DNA from: Macrostomum lignano
Lineage: Eukaryota
Reading direction: 5' to 3'
NCBI GenBank assembly: GCA_002269645.1
Contig: NIVC01000782.1
Coordinates: 1 to 64,000 of the forward strand
DNA length: 64,000 bases
Of this stretch, positions 27,574-39,635 are shown piece after piece (the stretch's first letter is position 1; each line of letters starts with the position of its first letter). The notes beneath the pieces were generated by a model. The model was not told where the DNA came from. It did no database searches and saw nothing but the letters and a program-made list of their open reading frames with translations. A program made the position numbers and the translations under genes.

Positions 27574-28464
27574 ATGTTTTCAAAAAGCTTTTCTGTCGGT
27601 TACTTGCTGATGTGGGCAGCGTTCGGAAGCTGCTTGACTTCTGTGCCGCCTCATCCGACGGCATTCCGCTACATCGGTTGCTACGTGGATAAAAGGGACC
27701 CCGACATGACCGGCCTCGTTGGGGTCGCTAAATTCGGTCCGTATTCGATCTTGTCAGGATGGCCATCAATTGCGCAAGGCGCTTCAATGACGCTGCAGCT
27801 GTGCAGCCAGATCTGCGCTTATGGGAGATTTCGGTACTTCGGTGCGAGGTTCGGTGGATACTGCTGCTGTGGCAACAGCTACGGCTCGTTCGGTCCAGCC
27901 CCGGCTACTGACTGCTCGCGTCAATGCAAGGGAAACTCATCTCAAATCTGCGGTGGAAACATGAGGAACTCCGTCTACGAAAATATTTATATTGATGGTG
28001 AGAGGGACTTTTTCTAAAAGGAATGTTGCTTCTTTCATGGAGGACACAATACGTTAAAACCTCAAAAACTGTCACACGAAGAAGAACAACAGTGATGACG
28101 TGACTAGTGCTAAGGATATTCTTTTTTTAAACTTTAGGGCAAATGCTTAGATTTTGCAAAAGTGATGGATAGAAATTTATCTTGAATAAATCATACACCA
28201 TATCTATGAAAAACTGTAGCTGGCCAAGCAATGACCAAGCTGCCAGCTACTGCCATGCCGAGCATCTCAGCTTCACTGAGCTCCATCACCCACAGCAGCG
28301 TCTCTGCCAAGAGCGCCATCCAGTGCGCTGCCGCCTGCCAGCGAAGCCCGGACTGTCAGGGCTGCGCCTTCGTGCCTTCGAGCCGCATGTGCCGCCTGCT
28401 GAGATTCGCTGCTGTGCCCGCTGAGGTGGCCAGCGAGGCTGAGTGGGTCTGGATGAAGCCGTGA
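27574..28464 (+). CDS. WSC-PAN secreted protein, paralog D (222 aa)
   Basis: Exon1 27574-27997 (424 nt), GTGAG donor, TAG acceptor, phase 1. Exon2 28220-28464 (245 nt; QCAAACQRSPDCQGCAFVPSSRMCRLL...EAEWVWMKP*). Confidence 0.92.
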
Positions 28465-28603
28465 GGCTGAGTGGGTCTGGATGAAGCCGTGAGACTGAGA
28501 GGATCTGGATGTAGCTGTGAGACTGAGAGGGTCTGGATGTAGCTGTGGAGGCTGAGTGGGTCTGGATGAAGCTGTGAGGTTAAGTGGGTTTGGATAAAAC
28601 TAT
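28435..28603 (+). repeat. 28-bp stop-codon minisatellite of gene D (6 units)
   Basis: First unit is coding (EAEWVWMKP); the last unit ends GGATAAAACTAT. Confidence 0.92.
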
Positions 28604-29269
28604 TCAATATCACCGCAATTACAACAATTAACTTAAACGGTAGCCTTTCTAGGCTTCAAAAATATTTTATGTTCTATCAATTATGCAATCTTGCTTCTGA
28701 AACGCTTGTACCGCGTGCTTAATGTACTTTAATTTGGCTTTAAGCGATTCCGTGCTTTTTTGAATTAAGATTTAAGAGCTGATCTTGTTTAGGTTAATAC
28801 GCCTTATTAACAGAACCGAAATAATAAGAAAAGTAATGAACTATCGATGAGTGACACATCGTTGCATCCGACGTAATTGCTAAACTCATGGCTTCATAAA
28901 AGGATTTAAACCTAAAGAACCATAAACTAACTCGATTTCAATATTGCAATGATAGATATTAAATTTAATAATTTAAAATTATTAAAGCCCTTAAATTTAC
29001 ATGCCCGAAAGTTTTAACGTTTGCCGGTAGATTTTTATTTTATCGTTTTTTCGCCTCGCTGACATTCAGAACCAATTCCAATTATAAAACGGAGTTCAAT
29101 ATTGACTAAGGTTTTTTGTTTTTTGCTTTATGTAGCCTTTTCGTAGCAGTTAAACTTAGGCAATTATAGTTTCCGCCGTGCAAACGGAGCTGGAAAGTCC
29201 ACCAGACGAAATTAATCTACAGGATTGGCGTAGCCATGGAACTGCAGAGAATCTCGGAGTGAATGTCAT

Positions 29270-31250
29270 CACGGTTGCCAAGAGTGCACCTGGTTTGTTC
29301 ACAACACTGCGCTTTCTGCTCCGATGCCTTCCTTGTCGCCATCTGTAGTTCTGTGCACTTGACTGACCTGTGTTGCAGGCAGGGTTGCTCGAATCTCTGA
29401 GCAACTGGTGTCTTGTGTCTGGTGTCTGGAGAAACAGCCGTGACCTGAGATGGTCATGGTGGCAGCCCGGATGTCTCTTCGCGAGAGGCGCAAGAGGAGC
29501 TTCCGGAGCTGGTGAGAGGGCTGAGGAACGGCGCCTCTGGATTGCCTGCAGGTAGTGCAGCTCGCCCAAGTCGAGCGGTGCTGGGTCCTGATCCACGTTT
29601 TGATGCGCGAGTCGATGACACAGCCGGGAATCGGGACAAGGGATTCGGGCCCGAGAGAGGAGCCGGAGGCACCAACTTTTGCAAGGGCGTCAGCCAGCTT
29701 ATTCCCTAGGATGCCCAACTGCCCCGGAACCCACTTAAGGGTGATTTTGTTGGTGGAGCCCAACATGTTTAGAAGTTTGATACAGTCGAGGACTGTAGCA
29801 GAATTGGTACTACAGCCACTGATGGCATGCAAGGCAGCTTGGCTGTCCGAATGGAAAACGATGCTCTTACCCGTTACGCCAGTGGCGGGAAGCTCTGCAG
29901 TGCAAGAGCTGATGGCGAGAACTTCACTTTGGAAAACACTGGAGTTGACCCCAGTGAACTGAACGTGGGTCACGATGACACCCCGTTCAGGCAGATTTAA
30001 ACACCAAAACCGGTGTTGACTGACTGCTTAGAACCGTCGGTGTAGCACTGGAGCTCACAAGGGTTCCAGTGGTACTTGGTGGTATCGTGCGGGTCGATAG
30101 CTCCGGAGTAGAGTTGTCTCAGGTTGAGCGTTAAGGGTCATGCCTTCGGTGAAGACGCGATAGGACTGGTACTCATTGAGAATATTGAGGCATAGGCCGC
30201 TATGCGAGGCGAGGTTCCGCTTAGCAGGTGCTCTCATGTAAAGAAATTTGACTCCGGCATCTAGTCGACGCCGCGTCGTTCAAGCCGCCTTACCCCTGAC
30301 GAAGAGGTCGAGAGGCGGTAGATCGAGGAAGGCCCCCATGCCGGCAAAGGGCGTGGACCTAGTGGCGTTGCAGATAAGCCTACACGCTCTGCCCTGTATC
30401 GTTTTGAGCAAATCTGCATGGCTTTTGACCTGGGTGGCGCTGACCCAGCCAACAGAAGCGTACGTAATGGCAGGTCTAACTACTGAAGTGTAGATCCACC
30501 AAATGCGCTTTGGGGATAGACCCCAGGAAGTTCCAAGTGCTCGTCGGAGCTGGGCCAGGATGGCTGAGGTCCGCTTGGCTTTTGATTTCACGTGGAAGGA
30601 CCAGTTGAGCCGGTAGTCTAGTATGACCCCGAAACATCTGGTCTGTTTCTCGAAAGCTACCGTAAAGCTGCAGAGGCCTCACTGTATGTTCCAGCGTATT
30701 CTACTGGTGAACATAATGGCAACAGTTTTGGGCTCAGAGAGTTCTAAACCATTGTCATTGGTCCAGGATTCTGCTTTGCGGATAAAGCTCTGCATCAGAT
30801 CCCTCAGCGTGCTGGGGGATGGCCATACCACAATGGCCGTGACGTCGTCAGTTTACCCGACTTTGAAGACGGGGTCAGGTCGGGAGTCGCCCAGAAGAGC
30901 GTCAATGACCAAGTTCCAGAGCGTCGGGGTAAGGACTTCGCCTTGGGATCCTCCCTCCCGCCTTGGGATCTGGCGGAGGTAGTTTGCTCTAGGATTTGGG
31001 CAATGACTGTACAGTTGAAGATCATGTACATGATCCATCGTATGAGGGTAACATGAGATTTGAAACTTTGAAGGGTCCTCAAAAAACGCTTAAAAATGAC
31101 GTACCAACAATGTCAAGAAAAAGAGCCAGGGCGTAACCGTCACCCAGTACCGAACGCTCAATTTTCTCGACTATCGCATGCAGGGCGCTGTCAGTCGACC
31201 TCACGGTAAGAAAAGCATGCTGATTACAGAATAATGCTAAGGATTTCATG
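29270..31250 (-). mobile_element. Degenerate non-LTR retrotransposon (LOA/R1-like, RT + RNase H)
   Basis: QHAFLTVRSTDSAL...LFLDI, SQGEVLTPTLWNLVID, FGVILDYRLNW, WGLSPKRIWWIYTSVVRP (RT); SVFQSEVLAI...FHSDSQAAL...WVPGQLGILGNKLADALAK (RNase H). In-frame stops and frameshifts. Confidence 0.9.
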
Positions 31251-31261
31251 GAAAGAGGAAA

Positions 31262-31570
31262 AGACAAATGTCTGGGTCTCGAGAAAAGTTAAGGAGGTAT
31301 TGGGAAAGGAACCACAATATGTGGTGGAGATCATCAAGCGGAGAAAGCTCAAATAATACGGACATCAGATGACGAAAGGAGCCATGGAAAATGTCTGTAT
31401 TCAATGAGAAGTGAAAGGTGAAAGAAGAAGAGGAAGATCGAAAAGACAGTGGGAGGATGACCTGAGAGAATGGACCGGATGGGCAATAGAGAGGCTAAGA
31501 AAAGCAGCGAAGGGACAGGAAGCTGCTGCATGTGAGTGGGTGCGCCCATTGCCATGACGGCTACGGAAAA
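31262..31570 (+). mobile_element. 3' fragment of an RTE-clade LINE
   Basis: EIIKRRKLK*YGH...VKGERRRGRSKRQWEDDLREWTG, the characteristic RTE C-terminus. Confidence 0.8.
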
Positions 31571-31878
31571 TAAGAAGAGGATGGACGAAAAATTGTCCGG
31601 CAAAACTTTATAGTTCTACAAAAATTACTAACAAAAGATTATTTCATTCAAAATGACTTTTACTAGCTCAATTTTACCTTTGAGTTTTTTCTCGTATAAT
31701 AATTGTCAAACATTCTGAACCTGACATGTTACACACTGCTAAATTCAGTTTTTTAACACTAAATTCCAGCATCTCACTTTCTGAACTGCCGAATACAACG
31801 TGAAACAAGCTATTCCGAGAAATAGTGCAAAAATGCATTATTAGAGAGCAACAGCGCACAAAATACAGTTGTGTACTC

Positions 31879-31990
31879 AAGCAATGCAGAGTTAAGTATC
31901 TTGCTCAAGGGCACAAATTGTTCCGAGTGGGTCGAGAATCGAACCCTCGACTTCAAGTCATGAGTTCGTCACTCTAAGCACTAGGCTACA
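31879..31990 (-). mobile_element. tRNA-derived SINE (5' part)
   Basis: Minus strand TAGCCTAGTGCTTAG (A box) and GGTTCGATTC (B box), then the core GTGCCCTTGAGCAAGATACTTAAC, resembling V-/Meta-SINE central domains. Confidence 0.75.
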
Positions 31991-32249
31991 GCCCGTGATT
32001 GGCGAGTCCTTAACTTTATTTTAGTGGTCCATGAGCGCAGCATGGGCTTACGAAATGCAGCTGATTTCTCACTGGCTCAGGCCCCTAGAAACCAGACAGC
32101 CATTCTCGAGTCCAGAAAACTCCAGAGCCCAATGGCACTCAAAACATAAGCCGGTAGCCAGAGATCGGTTCATAGCACAGAGCTGGCATATTCTGAAACG
32201 CCAATACTCCAAGCACTAACTGATAAGACCACCATAGGTATCAAATCAA

Positions 32250-33219
32250 ATGTTTTGGAAAGGCTTTTCTGTCGGCTACTTGCTGATGTGGGTGGCGTTC
32301 GGAAGCTGCTTGACTTCGGTGCCGCCTCATCCGACGGCATTCCGCTACATCGGCTGCTTCGTGGACAAAAAGGACCCCGACATGACAGGCCTTGTTGGAG
32401 TCGCTACAGTCGGTCCGTATTGGACACATTCCGGATGGCCATCAATTGCGCGTGGTGCTTCAATGACACTGCAGCTGTGCAGCCAGATCTGCGCTTATGG
32501 GAGATTTCGATACTTCGGTGCGAGGTACGGTGGAAACTGCTGCTGTGGCAACAGCTACGGCTCGTTCGGTCCAGCCCCGGAGAGTGACTGCTCGTATAAA
32601 TGCAAGGGAAACTCATCTCAAATCTGCGGTGGAGACATGAGGAACTCCGTCTACGAAAATATTTATAATCACGGTGAGAGGGACTTTTTCCGAAGCGAAT
32701 GTTGTTTTGTTTGTCATTGAGAGCACTGGACGTCAAAATATTGTTATAACGTTAAAAACGGTCGCACGAATCAGAATAGCACTGATTAGTTTGTGCTGAA
32801 AATATTCTTTTTGAAACTCTATTGAGAATGCAAAGATTTTGAAAAAGTCATGTATAGCAATTCGCATTGAATAAATCATATAGAGATGTCTATAAAAACA
32901 CACTATCGAATGGGTCTGACCTTCCTGTTTTAGTTGTGTTTTTAATTTAATTCTGTTTTAATTGAACTTTGTAGCTGGCCTAACAGTGGCCAGGCTCCCA
33001 ACTTCTGCCATGCCGAGCATCACAGCTTCACTGAGCTCCATCACCCACAGCAGCGTCTCTGCCGACAGCGCCATTGAGTGCGCTGCCGCCTGCCAGCGAA
33101 GCCCGGACTGTCAGGGCTGCGCCTTCGTGCCTTCGAACCGCATGTGCCGCCTGCTGAGATTCACCGCTGTGCCCGCTGAGGTGTCCAGCGAGGCTGAGTG
33201 GGTCTGGATGAAGCTGTGA
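32250..33219 (+). CDS. WSC-PAN secreted protein, paralog E (222 aa)
   Basis: Exon1 32250-32673 (424 nt), GTGAG donor; exon2 32975-33219 (245 nt), phase 1; followed by only ~1 extra degenerate 28-bp unit. Confidence 0.92.
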
Positions 33220-34239
33220 GGCTGCGAGGGTCTGAAGAACTGTCACTGTCCTACAACTATTCAGTCAAACGGAAGCCCTTTTAGACTTCAATATATTTTT
33301 ATCAGTACTTTTTCTGCTACTGCAAGACTCTTGTAGGTGCATTATGTAGTTTAATATGGTTTTAAGCAATTAAGGGCTTTTTAATTTAGGATAAAAAGTT
33401 AAACGTTGTTGTCGTTGGGTTAATAAGTTGTTAGGTTAGGAACAGAACCAAAATAATACACAAAATAAAAAACTTTCGAAGTGAAACCTAAGTCGAGCGC
33501 ACGGCTTTATAAAAGGATTTCAACCTAAAAAACCGTGAAGTATCACGATTTTAATGTTGCTTCTTTTGCATTTCGATTATTCGTGAGAAACTCCATGGAA
33601 AATGCCAGCAGTGTAACCAAAGTTGCAGAGGCTGGTTCTGCGATAACAACCATACGGTCGGCTTTTTTCATCAAGGAAGCTGGAAGCGTTTCCCTGCGTT
33701 CAGCCGTTAGAAACGGATCCCATAGGCTTCTGCACTGATGCCTGTGAATCAGCCAAGGCAGAGCTGGCTGGTTCCTCAGCATCCGCGCCGGCATTCGATT
33801 CGATGAAGAATTAAAGAGTGCGATTCCGCAAGTCGGGAGAAATCGAATGGATCTTCTTACGTATGCATTCATTCTATTGTTCTCACAAATCGATTCCTGT
33901 CCACCAGAGCGGCAGAAAGGGAGGGGGGTTCAGTAAACATCGACAGGACTTGTGAATACGCATGTATCCGTTGCATTAATTAGCAAGAAATTCAAATGTC
34001 TGAGTAAATAGATGAAGGTGAGAAAGCAAACTCGTGGACAGATTTACCATCCACTGCAAAGAAGCAGAAGTTGCCGCTCTCTGTCGGAAAGCAGACAGCT
34101 GCTCAGACGTGTGTGCTACTCGTAGAATGAAACATTTGCTCGCGTTCGATTTCCATGGTGACAGCTTTGCTTGTCTCAGCGGGAGGAAATTCCAGATAAA
34201 ATCATCGTTTTCAGTTGCCACCTGTAAACCTCTGAGGCA

Positions 34240-35737
34240 ATGCTGATATTAAAAATACTAGCAATTGATCTCCTGCTGTTCTGGGCAGCCCTTGCTAGGC
34301 TGTGCACCGCTTCCGTACCACCCAACCGCAGGGCATTCGCTACGTGGGTTGCTTTAGGAGGACGTTAGAGGCTCGTATCATTGGAACACTTGCTGCTATC
34401 GGTAGTTTTGTTGAAAGCAATTCGCTCACTGTAAAATTTTGTGCAGTCACATCTGCACCTACGGGCGGTTCCGAAACTTTGGACTTCTATTCGGTTCGTT
34501 ATGCTTGTAGAGAACTGTTAGTTATATCGTAATCAACTACTTAAAGTAATATTCTAAGAAAATCCTATTAAACTTGCAATCTATTTTTAGAATGAGTCAT
34601 GTTCAAACAGAAGTGACTCAGTGCCCTACGTAGGACCAACGTTTTTTTGATCCAAGGACCGGATTTTAGCAGCTGTGTTTGCTCAACTCAATATGTGGTA
34701 ATGCTCAGACATTCATGACTGCTTATTCAAACATGAATGACCTAAGTAAATATCTGATCTCAAACCGGTTTTTCCCGAAAATTATGCTATAAATATAAGT
34801 GAAAATCCGAGTAAAAAATCAGACTCGGAGCGGTCTCAAAGAAGACTTTGAAGACAAAGAAAAGAAGACCAATCTCTGAGGGACGATACTTGTCCAATTG
34901 GTAAGCGCTTACCAAATTTAGTTCTTTGTTGCTAGCGTTAATAAGTTTATTAATTGCTTACGAGAGCCTTTTTGCCGGCCCATTTGAGAAAGACCTCCTT
35001 GTTTCTTAGGATATATATTCCCAGAGGATGTATTTTATTAATTTGAGTTATCCGTCACGTTTCGGACGTAACGGAGAAGACGCCCTTCATGAGGACCTAC
35101 TACAGAAACTCAGAGAATTCAATTTTTAATTTCGAGCTCGAGGACCGTCAGGACTTCTGATTCGCTCTTGTTTTTGCCCGATCAACAGATAAAGTGAAGG
35201 ACTCCAGGAGACAACAGTTCACAGAAGCCAATTATCACTACTACAGTTCAGCAAGTGTCCCCCAGTGTCTATAGAAGTGGGAGTTTTCGAGTGACTGATC
35301 GCCACTCTTGAAACTCTTCATGCTCCTGCGGCCGGACTAGCGGATCCAACTGGAAGGAATTGGAGAGCAACTGTCAATCCGAATGCAGCGGCAATGTGTC
35401 TCAGATGTGCGGCCTTGAACTGGGCGACTCTGTTTATGAAGTAATTTACCCTGTGGGTAAGTAGGGGGGGGGGGCGTCTATTTGACTGCTCAGTAAGAAA
35501 AGCATATCTTTGACAATAATTGGTCTTAAAAATTGATCGAATGTCCTATCCTAACGCGTGTATCACACTCAGATCGCTCTCTGCTGACATGGCTTCAAAG
35601 GGGCAAAAAATGCCGAGCATTTCAAGCTTTATGAAACTGAGATCCGTAACTGACCTTAGCGCAGAAGTCAGCGAAGTCATCGAGTGAGCTGCCACCTGCC
35701 AGAGAAGCCCGGACTGTCTGGGCTGCACCTTGAGTCT
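34240..35737 (+). pseudogene. WSC-PAN paralog F (pseudogene)
   Basis: MLILKILAIDLLLFWAALARLC...RYVGCF; frameshift near 34440; 815-bp insertion inside the WSC exon; exon resumes CSCGRTSG...CQSECSGNVSQMCG...SVYEVIYPV|GTAAGT. In the PAN exon the first Cys codon is TGA (~35685) and the 3' end is deleted into the repeat array. Confidence 0.88.
34506..35320. mobile_element. Probable solo LTR (815 bp) inserted in the WSC exon of F
   Basis: Begins TGTAGAG and ends CTCTTCA (TG...CA, imperfect inverted ends), flanked by TGCT on both sides (34502-34505, 35321-35324). Removing it restores F-G-S-L-C-S-C-G. Confidence 0.8.
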
Positions 35738-36272
35738 GTGAGGTTCAGTGGGTCTGGATGAAGCTGTGAGGCTGAGTGGATCTGGATGAAGCTGTGAGGC
35801 TGAGCGGATCTGGATGAAGCTGTGAGGCTGAATGGGTCTGGATGAAGCTGTGAGGCTGAGCGGATTTGGATGAAGCTGTGAGGCCGAATGGGTCTGGATG
35901 AAGCTGTGAGACTGAGCGGATCTGGATGAAGCTGTGAGGCTGAATGGGTCTGGATGAAGCTGTGAGACTGAGCGGATCTGGATGAAACTGTGAAGCTGAG
36001 TTGGTCTGAATGAAGCTGTGAAGCTGAGTGTGTCTGGATGTAGCTGTGAGGCTGAGTGGGTCTGGATGCAGCTGTGAGGCTGAGCGGATCTGGATGAAAC
36101 TGTGAAGCTGAGTGGGTCTGAATGAAGCTGTGAAGCTGAGTGTGTCTGGATGCAGCTGTGAGGCTGAGTGGGTCTGGATGAAGCTGTGGAGGCTGAGTGG
36201 GTCTGGATGAAGCTGTGAGGCTGAGTGGGTCCGGATGAAGCTGTGAAGCAGAGTCGGTCTGGATGAAACTGC
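35738..36272 (+). repeat. 28-bp minisatellite after F (~19 units)
   Basis: Direct. Confidence 0.95.
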
Positions 36273-36734
36273 CAGGCTGATTCATCTCTAATGAAAAACT
36301 GTTAGAAGGATTCTGAGCAAGAATTATAGCGGAATTATTAAAAATAGACGTGACTCAGGCTTTGACTATTATTTATGCCTTATTGTTTTTAACGCTATCA
36401 AGAATAACTACTGAAAATGCAATGTCCAGGGAAAACGTTGTGGTTCTACTAAAAATACTAATAAAGGATTGTTACATTCAAAATTAAATTTACTAGCTCA
36501 ATTTAAACTTTTGGATTTAATCTAGTTGTTAAAACATTCTGAACCTGACATGATATACGCAACTAAGTTCAGTTTTTAACACTAAACTCGCGCATCTCAA
36601 ATTCTGGACTGCCGAATACAATATGAAACGAAACTATTCAAGTGAATAGATTGAAAAATGTATTATTACAGAGCGACAGCGCTCAGAACACAGTTGTATT
36701 TCCGAAACAGATCGAAATGAAACGCAAAGCTTAA

Positions 36735-36986
36735 TGGGACGACAGCTCAGCCGCAGCAATTGCGCGGCGCATCTGAAGGCTGCGTACGGCTGTTCAGTCC
36801 AAGGACTGGGGGTTCGCCACAGCCTCAATTACCCCAGCTAATGCTGGAATCCATTTTACAGCTGGGTGAACTGAAGCAATGCAGAGTTAAGTGTCTTGCT
36901 CAAGGACACAAATTTTTCTGAGTGGATAGGGAATCGAACCCCCGACCTTCAAGTCGTGAGTCCGACGATCTAACCACTAGACTACA
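36735..36986 (-). mobile_element. tRNA-derived SINE, near full length
   Basis: A box, B box (GGTTCGATTCC), core GTGTCCTTGAGCAAGACACTTAAC; homologous to 44675-44938 and 53215-53397. Confidence 0.8.
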
Positions 36987-37237
36987 ACCCACGATTGGCG
37001 AGTGCAGCGTCCTTAACATTATTTTAGCGGCCCATGAGCGCGCACGAGCTTGAAAATGCAGCTGCTTTCTCACTGGCTCAGGCCCCTAGCAACCAGACAG
37101 CCATTCCCGAGTCGGGAAAACATCAGAAGCGGTTGCGATCAAAACATAAGCGTAGGAACCGGTTCACAGCACAGAGCAGGCACATTCGGAAACCCCAAAA
37201 CTCCAAACACTGACCATAAAGACCGGCAGAGGATCAA

Positions 37238-38184
37238 ATGTTTTCAAAAAGCTTTTCTGTAGGCTACTTGCTGATGTGGGCAGCGTTCGGAAGCTGCTTG
37301 ACTTCCGTGCCGCCTCATCCGACGGCATTCCGCTACATCGGTTGCCACGTGGATAAAAGGGACCCCGACATGACCGGTCTCGTTGGAGTCGCTACATTCG
37401 GTCCGTATTCGACATATCCCGGATGGCCATCTCTTTTGCGAAACGCTTCAATGACGCTGCAGCTGTGCAGCCAGATCTGCGCTTATGGGAGATTTCGATA
37501 CTTCGGTGCGAGGCTCAGTGAATACTGCTGCTGTGGCAACAGCTACGGCTCGTTCGGTCCAGCCCCGGCTAGTGACTGCTCGTATAAATGCAAGGGAAAC
37601 TCGTCTCAAATCTGCGGTGGAAACATGAGGAACTCCGTCTACGAAAATATTTATAATCACGGTGAGAGGGACTTTTTCTCATGCAAATTTTGTTTTGCCT
37701 GTCAGGACGGCAACGTCGTTAAAACATCAAAAACCGTAACACAAAGCAGGATTTTTTATGATTTCATACTGAAAATATTCTTTTTAAAACCAAACTGCAA
37801 ATTCCAACTGGAAAAGTCAGGGCAATCAGTGTTCGTTGAATAAATCCCAGATATTTCCATACATTCGTAAACAGATTTATTATTTCTATAAGTTTTTGAG
37901 TAAAAATTTCTAAATTCTGTTTTAATACAACATTTGTAGCTGGCCAAGCAGTGACCAAGCTGCCAGCTTCTGCCATGCCGAGCATCTCAGCTTCACTGAG
38001 CTCCATCACCCACAGCAGCGTCTCTGCCAAGAGCGGCATCCAGTGCGCTGCCGCCTGCCAGCGAAGCCCGGACTGTCAGGCCTGCGCCTTCGTGCCTTCG
38101 AGCCGCATGTGCCGCCTGCTGAGATTCACCGCTGTGCCCGCTGAGGTGGCCAGCGAGGCTGAGTGGGTCTGGATGAAGCTGTGA
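37238..38184 (+). CDS. WSC-PAN secreted protein, paralog G (222 aa)
   Basis: Exon1 37238-37661 (424 nt); exon2 37940-38184 (245 nt); phase-1 GT-AG intron. Confidence 0.92.
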
Positions 38185-38628
38185 GGCTGAGTAGGTCTGG
38201 ATGAAGCTGTGAGGCTGAGTAGGTCTGGATGAAGCTGTGAGACTGAGTGGGTCTGGATGAAGCTGTGAGGCTGAATGGGTCTGGATGAAGCTGTGAGGTT
38301 AAGCGGGTCTGGATGAAGCTGTGAGGTTAAGCGGGTCTGGATGAGGCTGTGAGAATGAGAGGGTCTGGATGAAGCTGTGAGGCTGAGTGGGTCTGGATGA
38401 GGCTGTGAGAATGAGAGGGTCTGGATGAAGCTGTGAGGCTGAGTGGGTCTGGATGAGGCTTTGATAATGAGAGGGTCTGGATGAAACTGTGAGACTGAGT
38501 GGGTATGAATGGGGCTGTGAGACTGAGCGGGTCTGGATGAGGCTGTGAGAATGAGAGGGTCTGGATGAAACTGTGAGACTGAGTGGGTATGGATGGAGCT
38601 GTGAGGCTGAGCGGGTCTGGGTAAACTA
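38155..38628 (+). repeat. 28-bp stop-codon minisatellite of gene G (~17 units)
   Basis: Direct; first unit is coding. Confidence 0.95.
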
Positions 38629-39635
38629 TCACTGTTTCTACAATAAAAAAACTCAAACAGTAGTCCTTCTAGGCCTCAAAAGTATTTTATGTTCTATCAG
38701 TACATATCTTGCTGCCATTGTAACAAGCTTGTACGTGCATAATGTTCTGTAATATGGTTTTAAGAGATTCTTTATTTTCCATTTAAGATAAAATGTTGAA
38801 AGTTTATCTCGTTGGGTTGATACGCTTCATCAACGATACCGAATTATAACTAGGAAACTAATAAACTACCTTTAAGTCACACTTAGTGACGGAATTGCCG
38901 AACGCATGGCAGTATAAATGAATTTCAACCTAAAGAACCGTGAACTAACACGATCTTAATGTTGCTTCTTTTGCATCATGATTTTTCGTGAGAAAATAAA
39001 GATAGAAAGGAGTTCCGCTTTGACGGCACAAATCTATGCATTCTTTACAGGAGCTCAACTTTACTGCAAAACGGTAGGACAAACTACGAAATAAAAAATA
39101 AAATATTCAATGGAAACTGAAAGCAGAGCATCCAAAGTAGCAGAGGTGCCTCTGTGACAGCAACCGTTGGACTGCTTTTGCTGTCCTGAACAAAAGCGTC
39201 ACTTTAGTTACAATCTTTATCAGCTCGCTTGGTCCACTTCCTTTATCCAGGAAGCTGGAAAAGTTTCCCTGCATCCAACCGTGAGAAAACAAATCCCAAG
39301 ACTTCCTTACTGATGCCTGCGAATCAACCAAAGGAGATCTGTCACTCCTCACCCGCGTCGGAAGTGAAGAATGCGACTCTGCAAGTCAGGAGAAATCGAA
39401 TGGATCTTTTTCCATCAGCATTCATTCTCTTTTTTTTCTCCCAAATCGATCCCTGGCCACCGAAGCGGGAGTAAGGAAAGGGGGTTGGGTAAACTTTGAC
39501 AGGACCTGTGAATATACGCATAACTCAAGAAAGCAAGAAATTCACATATCTGAGTAAATCGATGAATGCGAGAAATCGAACTCATGGACTGCCGACACAG
39601 ATTTATTATCCTCATATTTATTATCTGAATTAGCT

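Noticed and set aside
35677-36285. 202-aa antisense ORF (and similar ones at 28356, 38327, 40743, 43345, 45494) made of SFIQTHSASQLHPDPLSLTASSRPTQPH repeats
   Set aside because: The antisense strand of the 28-bp unit has no stop in any frame, so long ORFs arise automatically. No independent coding evidence.
35738-38628. 28-bp repeats as a CRISPR array
   Set aside because: Units are head-to-tail with no unique spacers, there are no cas genes, and the context is eukaryotic with introns.
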